59,688 nt of DNA, from the IMG/VR virus record IMGVR_UViG_3300022748_000181, positions 1 through 59,688 of that record; one strand, 5' to 3'. Positions 49,731 to 57,866 of this stretch are shown piece after piece (the stretch's first letter is position 1; each line of letters begins with the position of its first letter). The notes below the pieces were generated by a model, which did not search any database, was not told the DNA's origin, and saw only the letters and a list, made by a program, of their open reading frames with translations. Source of the DNA: a virus (taxonomy: Duplodnaviria; Caudoviricetes). A program made the position numbers and the translations under genes.

Positions 49731-50747
49731 ATGAGTAACTTATTTAAAAAGGCCGCGGTCTTTACTGACATACACTTTGGCTTAAAATCAAACAGTACAT
49801 TGCATAACGACGATTGTTTAAACTTCGTCAAATGGGCCACAGTCAAGGCCAAGGAAGAGGGTTGCGAAACTGCGTTCTTCCTTGGTGACTGGCATAACAA
49901 TCGGGCTTCGATAAATATTGTTACACTAAATTACAGTTTACAAGCCCTTGAACATCTTAACGCCAATTTTGACAGAGTATACTTTATACCTGGTAATCAC
50001 GATTTGTATTATCGCGATAAGCGAGACATTCAGAGCGTTGAATGGGCGAAACATTTATCGAATGTTGTCATTTGCAATGATTGGTTTATTGACGGGGACG
50101 TGGTTATTGCACCATGGCTTGTTTCGGATGATCATAAACGCATTCCAAAACTAAACGCCAAGTATATGTTTGGGCACTTTGAGTTGCCCGGATACTTGAT
50201 GAATGCTATGGTTGCCATGCCGGAGCACGGTGAGCTACGTCGAGAACAGTTTAGTCATTTCGACCATGTGTTTAGTGGACACTTTCACAAACGTCAAACA
50301 CAAAAGAACATTACCTACGTAGGCAACTGTTTTCCGCACAACTATGCAGATGCAGGCGACGACGATCGAGGTCTGATGGTGTTAGACTGGGGAAAGGATC
50401 CAGTATTTCATGCATGGCCAGACCAACCCAAATACAGAGTCTATCAATTGAGCGATGTTCTTAGACACACAGAATCTATGTTGTTGCCGGGTATGCATGT
50501 ACGAGTTAATTTAGACATTGATATCAGCTACGAAGAGGCAACTTTTGTTAAAGAAACGTTCATTGACACGTATAAACTGCGTGAAATTACTCTAATTCCC
50601 AACAAGGTTACCAGCGTTGCAGATGTTGAAATACAAGGTAACATTGCATTTGAAAGTGTTGACCAAATTGTTGCTGGACAATTGACTAATATTGACAGCG
50701 ACAAGTTTAACAAAAATCTGTTGTTAGACATTTACCGAAACTTATGA
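49731..50747 (+). CDS. gp47: Recombination endonuclease subunit (gp47/Mre11/SbcD)
   Basis: DIHFG, LGDW, GNHD, GHFE, SGHFH metallophosphoesterase motifs. Confidence 0.92.
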   Translation: MSNLFKKAAVFTDIHFGLKSNSTLHNDDCLNFVKWATVKAKEEGCETAFFLGDWHNNRASINIVTLNYSLQALEHLNANFDRVYFIPGNHDLYYRDKRDIQSVEWAKHLSNVVICNDWFIDGDVVIAPWLVSDDHKRIPKLNAKYMFGHFELPGYLMNAMVAMPEHGELRREQFSHFDHVFSGHFHKRQTQKNITYVGNCFPHNYADAGDDDRGLMVLDWGKDPVFHAWPDQPKYRVYQLSDVLRHTESMLLPGMHVRVNLDIDISYEEATFVKETFIDTYKLREITLIPNKVTSVADVEIQGNIAFESVDQIVAGQLTNIDSDKFNKNLLLDIYRNL

Positions 50748-51595
50748 ATCTAAATACTAGATGGTTACAAGTCGAAGCTACAACTAAATGTAATGCTTGG
50801 TGCCCAGCATGCGGCAGGAACCAAGGTGGCTTTGGCTTGTCTCCGCATTTAGTAATCGAAGACTTAGATTTATCAATATATCATAATCATTTAGAATCAA
50901 TGCCTAACTTAGAGGTAATTGATTTTTGTGGCACCTACGGAGATGCTATTGCTGCACACAATATAGTCGAACTAACTAGATTATCAAAGCAATACGCTAA
51001 AAAAATTGTTGTTCGTACCAATGGTAGCCTAAGAAGCACTACTTGGTGGCAAGAATATGCAGCCCTGTTTAAAGATATAGATCACGAGATATGGTTTTGC
51101 ATTGACGGACTCAAAGATACACACAGCATATATAGGCAAGGCACAGACTTTGATACCATAATGGCTAATGCTGCTACTGTAATTGCACAAGGATGTTCTG
51201 CTGTTTGGCAGTTTATCCCATGGGAACATAACCAACATCAGATCAAAGACTGTATACGGTTAAGTCAACAACTTGGATTTGAGCGTTTTGAGTTTATAAA
51301 AAACGTAAGACGAGACTTTGTACCAAGACATTGGAAAACAGGAAAAGTGTTTGAAATTAAACCGTGGCAACACAACAGCGAATTCAATATGATCGAACGA
51401 CCAAGGACACAACTTGATGTCCAGGACTGTCGACATTTGACACAGCCTAGTCTATACTTAAATGCTAACGGAAAACTCAGCAACTGTTGTTTCTTTAATA
51501 CTGGCATATGTGCCACAACTGCTGACCAACTACCGAATATAGAGCAAGAATTGAATAACCCGCGGGATATTTGTTTACATTACTGCGGACACTAA
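50744..51595 (+). CDS. Radical SAM protein with C-terminal Twitch-like Cys cluster
   Basis: CNAWCPAC, GTYGD, RTNG, IDG; C-terminal C...NCC...C...C. Confidence 0.85.
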   Translation: MNLNTRWLQVEATTKCNAWCPACGRNQGGFGLSPHLVIEDLDLSIYHNHLESMPNLEVIDFCGTYGDAIAAHNIVELTRLSKQYAKKIVVRTNGSLRSTTWWQEYAALFKDIDHEIWFCIDGLKDTHSIYRQGTDFDTIMANAATVIAQGCSAVWQFIPWEHNQHQIKDCIRLSQQLGFERFEFIKNVRRDFVPRHWKTGKVFEIKPWQHNSEFNMIERPRTQLDVQDCRHLTQPSLYLNANGKLSNCCFFNTGICATTADQLPNIEQELNNPRDICLHYCGH

Positions 51596-51596
51596 T

Positions 51597-53366
51597 ATGT
51601 TTAAAATAAAAGATATAACTGTAAAGAACTTTATGAGCGTGGGCAATGCCACACAAGCTGTTAATTTTGATAGGCGAGACCTAACCCTAGTATTAGGTGA
51701 AAACCTAGACCTCGGCGGGGACGACAGCGGCGCACGTAACGGTACAGGTAAGACTACAATTATCAATGCACTGAGCTATGCCTTATACGGTAACGCCTTA
51801 ACCAATATTAAGAAGGATAATCTGATTAATAAGACCAATGGTAAAGGTATGTTGGTTACCATTGACTTTGAAAAAGACGGCATTGACTACAGAATTGAGC
51901 GAGGACGCAAGCCCGGTGTAATGAAATTCTTTGTATCGGGCAATGAAAAAGAAATTACCGACGATGCACAAGGTGACAGCAGAGAAACACAAGCCGACAT
52001 TGAACGAATGTTGGGCATGAGCCACGACATGTTCAAGCACGTAGTAGCATTAAACACCTACACTGAACCGTTCTTAGCCCTTAAATCAAACGATCAAAGA
52101 ACTATCATTGAGCAGTTGTTGGGCATTACCATGCTTAGTGAAAAAGCAGAAGCCCTTAAAGAGCTCGCTAAGAAAACCAAAGACGACATCACTAGAGAAG
52201 AGTTCCGTATTAAAGCAGTCGGCGATGCCAACAAGCGTATCAAAGATCAAATTGACGCATTGGTTCGCAGGGAAAACATGTGGATCAGTAAAAGAAGCGA
52301 AGATGTTGCAGCATTACAAGCAGCATATGATCAACTTGCACAGATTGATATCGAAGCCGAACTAGATGCACACCTAGCACTAAGCACATACAACGAAAAG
52401 TCTAAAAAGATTAGAGATCTAAACACTTGGATTAAACGTTGCGAGTTAGATGAAACGCGAGAAAACAAATTAATAGAACAACTCAAGACAGAAATACAAA
52501 GTCTCGAGAATCACACTTGCCACGCATGCGGTCAAGGGTTTCATGATGACAAACAAGAGCGTTTATTAGCCGATAAAAAGAAAGCATTGCAAGAAGCTGC
52601 ATTACAAGCATTGGCAACCAATACACAATGGTTAGAACACACAGATGCACTTGCTGCATTGGGAGAACTAGGACCACAGCCACAGGTTTTTTATGATCGT
52701 GAAAGCGATGCGTTTGAACATCGTAGCAGTATGGCAAGTGTGTTAGCTCAGTTAACTGCCAAAGAGCAGGAGGCCAATCCATATGCTGAACAAATTAAAG
52801 AAATGAATGAACATGCTGTTGAAGAAATTGACTACAGCATAATCAATGACTTGGCATATCTCAAAGAACATCAAGAGTTTTTGTTAAAGCTGCTTACAAA
52901 CAAAGACAGTTTTATTCGCAAACGCATTATTGATCAGAACTTGAGCTACTTGAATACACGATTAGGGCAATACTTAGATCGCATTGGCCTCCCGCATACT
53001 GTACAATTCAACAATGACTTAACAGTTAGTATTACTGAATTGGGACGGGATCTAGACTTTGACAACTTGTCACGTGGTGAACGTAACCGATTGATCCTGT
53101 CATTATCATGGGCATTCCGTGATGTGTGGGAAAGTTTGTATCAGCCCATTAATTTATTGTTTATCGACGAGCTTGTTGATAGCGGAATGGACAGTAGCGG
53201 GGTTGAAAATAGTCTAGCTATCCTTAAAAAGATGGCAAGAGACAGCAATAAGAGTATTTGGTTAGTTTCACACAAAGATGAACTAGCAGGCCGAGTTAAC
53301 AATACATTACACGTTGTTAAGGAAAACGGATTTACCACTTACAATACTGACGTAGAAATAACATAA
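51597..53366 (+). CDS. gp46: Recombination ATPase subunit (gp46/Rad50/SbcC)
   Basis: KNFMSVG, NGTGKTT, CHAC zinc hook, LSRGE signature, FIDE Walker B, VSH. Confidence 0.93.
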   Translation: MFKIKDITVKNFMSVGNATQAVNFDRRDLTLVLGENLDLGGDDSGARNGTGKTTIINALSYALYGNALTNIKKDNLINKTNGKGMLVTIDFEKDGIDYRIERGRKPGVMKFFVSGNEKEITDDAQGDSRETQADIERMLGMSHDMFKHVVALNTYTEPFLALKSNDQRTIIEQLLGITMLSEKAEALKELAKKTKDDITREEFRIKAVGDANKRIKDQIDALVRRENMWISKRSEDVAALQAAYDQLAQIDIEAELDAHLALSTYNEKSKKIRDLNTWIKRCELDETRENKLIEQLKTEIQSLENHTCHACGQGFHDDKQERLLADKKKALQEAALQALATNTQWLEHTDALAALGELGPQPQVFYDRESDAFEHRSSMASVLAQLTAKEQEANPYAEQIKEMNEHAVEEIDYSIINDLAYLKEHQEFLLKLLTNKDSFIRKRIIDQNLSYLNTRLGQYLDRIGLPHTVQFNNDLTVSITELGRDLDFDNLSRGERNRLILSLSWAFRDVWESLYQPINLLFIDELVDSGMDSSGVENSLAILKKMARDSNKSIWLVSHKDELAGRVNNTLHVVKENGFTTYNTDVEIT

Positions 53367-53403
53367 TTTTTATCATGGCTCGCTGTGTCATAACTAATGT
53401 ACA

Positions 53404-53838
53404 ATGACATGGCATTATCAAGGAACCGAAGTTGACTCTCTACCAGATGACTGCGTAGGTTTCGTTTATCTCATCACAAACTCTGTATCAGGGCGCAAAT
53501 ACATAGGCAAAAAGCTAGCAAAATTTTCTAAGACCACCTTAAAAACAGTAAAACTCAAAAACGGCACCAAAAAGAAGAAGAAAATACGTAGTAAGATCGA
53601 TTCTGATTGGCGCGAATATTATGGCTCAAGCGATGAATTAAACAAAGATATAGCAGCATTAGGTGCTGATAAGTTTACACGGGAAATCCTATACCTATGT
53701 AAAAGTAAAGCAGAATGTAGTTATATCGAAGCAAGAGAACAATTTACTCGTAAAGTCTTAGAATCTAAAGATTATTATAACGGACAAATCTCTGTCCGTG
53801 TCCATGGCTCCCACATTTTAAACAAATTATCAGTATAA
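53404..53838 (+). CDS. GIY-YIG endonuclease (Seg-like, single domain, basic insertion)
   Basis: GFVYLITN...RKYIGKK, YYGSS, FTREIL, E..EQ, YYN; Lys-rich insert. Confidence 0.85.
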   Translation: MTWHYQGTEVDSLPDDCVGFVYLITNSVSGRKYIGKKLAKFSKTTLKTVKLKNGTKKKKKIRSKIDSDWREYYGSSDELNKDIAALGADKFTREILYLCKSKAECSYIEAREQFTRKVLESKDYYNGQISVRVHGSHILNKLSV

Positions 53839-54352
53839 GGCTCGCACAGGCTAACAACGTGTGCCCAACATTAAGACAACTGGACCAACGGGTCGCAGGG
53901 ACGGAAGACGCTATGCTGACTAGCGCACTCAATCACTATCCTTAACAGGACGAAGATCGCAAATTGCCGCGGTTTGATTGTTTGAAAAGAATAAAAGCGA
54001 TTGTTTACCATGGGTGTAAACAATTTGTAAGGCTAAAAAGACGTAGCAGCGATGCTACAGGTTAGTGCAATATGTTAGCGTATATTGTATTAGCTGCCGT
54101 TGTGATAAAGACGCAACTCGAGGTACCGGACAACCGCCTCTGTAATGTTGTAACGCTATGTGGCTGTGCTACTCAGATGAAGCTCATTCATTTCTTTGCC
54201 CTGTGCGGGCAAAGTGTGACCGATTAATCTAGATGAAACTATTAATAGCTTCGCTCTTAGTTAAATGAATTCAGTTAATTAGTTTTATAGTTAATTGAAT
54301 TGATTTAAATTTGTTGTGAGCAAAGCGAAACAACAGATGTACGCAGTACATC
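53839..54352 (+). ncRNA. Candidate large structured non-coding RNA (no family recognised)
   Basis: ~510 nt with no long ORF in a gene-dense genome; more than 10 stems, G-U-rich helices, a GNRA loop and nested multibranch pairing. Confidence 0.6.
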
Positions 54353-54580
54353 TTAAATGAATGGCAATCCTGATTCCTTAGTAGTTTCTAAATTATCTTT
54401 AATCAGCTTATTGATCATCTCACGATCTTCATAGCTCAGGAATACAGCATCATCATAGGATATGCTACCACGCATATACCAGCATATTTTAAATAATTCC
54501 TGTTTTATGGCTTTTGACTCTCGATCGAAACTTTCAATGTATTCGACAATATCCTCATTGGACAGAGTCAAAAGCCTCAT
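54353..54580 (-). CDS. Tail/baseplate assembly chaperone C-terminal ORF (gp51-like)
   Basis: 75 aa; ATGA overlap with upstream gene; lies in the -1 frame after a TTTTTTC slippery site. Confidence 0.65.
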   Translation of the reverse strand: MRLLTLSNEDIVEYIESFDRESKAIKQELFKICWYMRGSISYDDAVFLSYEDREMINKLIKDNLETTKESGLPFI

Positions 54581-55422
54581 ACGAAAAAATTTGTCTGCTC
54601 AAATAGGAATGGAGTAACAAACTCTTTACCACACTCTTCATTTTGACATGTTAGAGTTACTTCGTTGTACTTGTTATCATTCTTGATGTTATCTAAATAA
54701 GCACGAATTGAATCCCATACTGCTTTATCACAGTTGTTTAAGAAATCCAGTATAAACGCTTTGTCTGTTACTGTTTCACCGTCGGGTGTAGTAATGTATT
54801 CGATGTTCTTGCTGACAGCATTAATGCCAGTTGTAATTAACTTCTGGAATACTTCGTCAAATTTACTTTGTTTTTCCGCTTCGTTTAAGTCTTCGCTTTG
54901 TACAATTTGAATAATACGTTGCTCGTCAAAGTTCAACATGTTATTTTGGTTGTATTCTTCGTAACTTAGTGGGCGTAGCTTGATAGACAACCCGGCGGCT
55001 TGTACAGGTCTACTCCAATCGCCTGGATTGATACGATCCATCATTACACTAACATCAATGTTTTGTTCATTTTTAGTAGTGCAGTGTGGGCATACAGCAG
55101 TAAATTCCAGTTCCTTGCCGTAGGTAGCAATACGAATAGCAAGCAACAGCGTATCTAAGTCCACTATAGGCATTTTCCAAGGATCTAAGATGCTAGGGCA
55201 GCAACTACGAATGACCTGTGCAGTGCTGGACCCGTTCATCAATGCATCCGGAGTCTTCATAGTTAGTTCATCTTTTGCAGTCATTGCAAAAATTGGAATT
55301 TCGCCGGTGGCAGGTAAGTCTATGGTATTAGGTGGATACCAACGTCCGTTACTGGGCAATTTGATGTATAGTGCAGGCTGTCTAAAATGCTTGGCCAGTG
55401 GATTGGGTGATAAACTACTCAT
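54577..55422 (-). CDS. Baseplate hub / tail assembly chaperone (gp26-like)
   Basis: KLPSNG, MTAKDE, DLDTLLLAIR..TYG, CPHC and CQNEEC; GGAG RBS 7 nt before ATG at 55422. Confidence 0.7.
   Translation of the reverse strand: MSSLSPNPLAKHFRQPALYIKLPSNGRWYPPNTIDLPATGEIPIFAMTAKDELTMKTPDALMNGSSTAQVIRSCCPSILDPWKMPIVDLDTLLLAIRIATYGKELEFTAVCPHCTTKNEQNIDVSVMMDRINPGDWSRPVQAAGLSIKLRPLSYEEYNQNNMLNFDEQRIIQIVQSEDLNEAEKQSKFDEVFQKLITTGINAVSKNIEYITTPDGETVTDKAFILDFLNNCDKAVWDSIRAYLDNIKNDNKYNEVTLTCQNEECGKEFVTPFLFEQTNFFV
54583..54589 (-). promoter_or_regulatory. Putative -1 programmed ribosomal frameshift heptamer T TTT TTC
   Basis: Minus strand ACA AAT TTT TTC GTA TGA; -1 frame continues CGT ATG AGG CTT into the 75-aa ORF. 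Confidence 0.6.
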
Positions 55423-55433
55423 ATAAGTACTCC

Positions 55434-55459
55434 ATAAATAATTGATATATGTACTTATC
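55434..55459. promoter_or_regulatory. Pair of late-promoter-like motifs between divergent genes
   Basis: ATAAATA (+, 55434-55440) toward the tape-measure-like gene; GATAAGTA (-, 55452-55459) toward the gp26-like gene; similar to T4 late TATAAATA. Confidence 0.5.
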
Positions 55460-55484
55460 ACATGTAATTAACTGGGTAGTTTAA

Positions 55485-57833
55485 ATGGCACTTGAAGATA
55501 GATTAGAACAGCTAGACCATATTTTGGGCACGGTTAACGCTGGCTACGAGAGCCATGCTAGAATGTTGGCCAAAGCAGAGATGCAAGAAACTCTGTTTAT
55601 TAAAAAGCTAGCAGAGCAGCTTAAAACCACAGAAGATCAAGTGCGTATGCAGCTTAGGTCTCTAGAAGCTGCAAAGAAACGTGAGAAATATGAAGAGCAA
55701 CGTGAAGTGGCCATGGCCAATGGCATTAAACAAGCTGTGCATGGCCTACAACAGTTCTTCTCAGGCTCGGTATCTAGTACACAGGCCCTGTACAATTCTG
55801 ACAACGCATTTACAGCGGTAATCCCAACGTTACAGTTGTTGGGCAATACTGTAAAGAGTATCACCGGTGCAATGAGCACCTTCTTCTCGGGCCTGCCATT
55901 TGTTGGCGGAGCATTTACAGCAGCGGATAAAATGGCCGGTGTTGTTGTTGACCTCGGGACACAACTATTACAGGCACAGTTAGAAAACGCTGCCAAATTG
56001 GTGGGCAGCTACAACGAAATTTCCAAAACCGGCATGACCTTTGGGGCGAACTTAGAAAAGTTGCAAAAAACGGCCCTAGACTCTGGTATGAGCATTGGTA
56101 CTTTTAGTAAATTTGTTACTAGTAACATTGATAACTTGGCTGCAATGGGCGGCGCCCTGGAATCTAATGCTGCTAAGATCGGTAACATGAGCTATCGTAT
56201 TGCACAGAACAACGGTGCATTGTTGACCATATATGGTAGTTACGAAGCACTAGCAGGAGCCACTGCTGACTACACTTCAATGTTGTCTGGCTACGGAATT
56301 GACGTTCTTAAGACAACTAGAAATCTTGAAGCTGGCGCAAAAGATTATTTGGTACAACAAAAAGAACTTACATCTTTAACTGGTAAAAACGCCGAAGCAT
56401 TAAAACGAGAAGAAGAAGAACGCAGAAAAAATGCTGCCTATCAAATGAGATTGGGCAGAATGAATGAAGATCAAGCTGCTAATGTTCGTAAAAACATCAC
56501 TATGTTTGGTACGGTCAGTAAAGAAGCAGGAGACTTTGCTACTGAAGTATTCAATACCCAAGGTAACGTAAGCAGCAAGCAGGCCTTGCTATTCCAACAG
56601 CAATTCCCGGAACTGGCAGAAACTATTCGTACAACTCAAGCTGACGCAGAGCGTATGAACATTGCAGAGTTCAATAAAAACCAAGCTGAATACATTCAAA
56701 GCAGAGCACCGTTGATTAAAATGGAAGCAGAACGCCTTGAAGATCTCTTTAAACTAGCAGCAGGTGGCGTTAAGAATGAATACATTGATCAAGCCAACAG
56801 AACTGCGTCGGGTATACTTGCTGCAACTACTAAACTAGGAAACATTGTTACATTTAATCTGGAACTAGAAGCCCGTAGGAAAGAACTTGAAGCACAAGCT
56901 GGTAAGGGAATCGAAAAAGGTTCATTGGCATCAGTTATTGATGGGTTAGAGAAGTTTAAGCGCGGCATGGACGCAATTACAACCACAACATTTCCTGCTA
57001 TTGCTAGTATTACTGACAACTTGATTGCAATCAATGCCAAGTTGGCAAAAGAACTAACAGGTCCTGCTAGTAAGTTTGTAGTTGAAAAATTCTCGGCTTT
57101 GTTGGATAAATTACTTTCCGAAGCCGGTGTTGAGAAAAAAGTAACTCCTATTCCAATTCCGCAAGATATTCATGCCCTTTCTGCTGCACGTATTGATGCT
57201 GAAAATCAAACAGCAGCAGCTAAGGAGCGTTTAGCGGCGGTAGAAAAAGAGCACGGACAACGTAGTCAAGAAGCACGTGAAGCTAGATTGGCAACTAGAC
57301 TAGCCGAAGCCAAGGAACGCAAAGCACGTGAAGCTGAAAAGGCTGTAGTAAAACCCGAAGACATAAAATCCGCAGCACAGCCTGTACCACCTGGTGCAAT
57401 ACCATGGAAGAGTCCAGAATCTCATGCCGGCGGCAAAACTGATCCTAGACTTGAAGCTGTGTTAGCTGATGTTTATGCAAAATTTGGCGAAGGTAGCTTT
57501 GTGGTTACAGGAGCAGATGACAAGTATCATAGAGAACACAAACCTGGTAGCAAGCATACACAAGGTTTGGCTGCTGACATCAAGCCTAAATCTGCGTCAA
57601 TGACAGAAATTGTTGAAGCATTGCATCAACGTATGCGCGAAAAAGGCATACAAGGAACTGTAGAAGCACATCCAGATGCAGACGGCACAGGACAACACCT
57701 ACACATGCAAATTACCAAGCCCGAAGAAAAACGTGCCGAAGTAATTCCGGACAACGAAACCAACTTAGCCATGGTAGACAAGCTAGACCAAGCAGTTGAT
57801 TTGCTAAAAAGAATTAGCATGAATACCGCCTAA
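55485..57833 (+). CDS. Tape-measure-like protein with C-terminal M15-like Zn peptidase motif
   Basis: Ala/Leu/Glu-rich helical 782 aa; SKHTQGLAADI...HLHMQ; adjacent to chaperone pair. Confidence 0.6.
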   Translation: MALEDRLEQLDHILGTVNAGYESHARMLAKAEMQETLFIKKLAEQLKTTEDQVRMQLRSLEAAKKREKYEEQREVAMANGIKQAVHGLQQFFSGSVSSTQALYNSDNAFTAVIPTLQLLGNTVKSITGAMSTFFSGLPFVGGAFTAADKMAGVVVDLGTQLLQAQLENAAKLVGSYNEISKTGMTFGANLEKLQKTALDSGMSIGTFSKFVTSNIDNLAAMGGALESNAAKIGNMSYRIAQNNGALLTIYGSYEALAGATADYTSMLSGYGIDVLKTTRNLEAGAKDYLVQQKELTSLTGKNAEALKREEEERRKNAAYQMRLGRMNEDQAANVRKNITMFGTVSKEAGDFATEVFNTQGNVSSKQALLFQQQFPELAETIRTTQADAERMNIAEFNKNQAEYIQSRAPLIKMEAERLEDLFKLAAGGVKNEYIDQANRTASGILAATTKLGNIVTFNLELEARRKELEAQAGKGIEKGSLASVIDGLEKFKRGMDAITTTTFPAIASITDNLIAINAKLAKELTGPASKFVVEKFSALLDKLLSEAGVEKKVTPIPIPQDIHALSAARIDAENQTAAAKERLAAVEKEHGQRSQEAREARLATRLAEAKERKAREAEKAVVKPEDIKSAAQPVPPGAIPWKSPESHAGGKTDPRLEAVLADVYAKFGEGSFVVTGADDKYHREHKPGSKHTQGLAADIKPKSASMTEIVEALHQRMREKGIQGTVEAHPDADGTGQHLHMQITKPEEKRAEVIPDNETNLAMVDKLDQAVDLLKRISMNTA

Positions 57834-57866
57834 GCTGCGGTAAATATAGCATAACTGAGAACACAT

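Noticed and set aside
53404-53838. GIY-YIG gene as an intron-encoded homing endonuclease or transposon
   Set aside because: Free-standing, with no split gene, terminal repeats or target duplication seen
53839-54352. Group I intron, tRNA, tmRNA or CRISPR interpretation of the structured region
   Set aside because: No interrupted host gene (flanking ORFs are complete and convergent), no recognisable P7 core, cloverleaf or repeat-spacer periodicity by eye; needs cmscan to exclude formally
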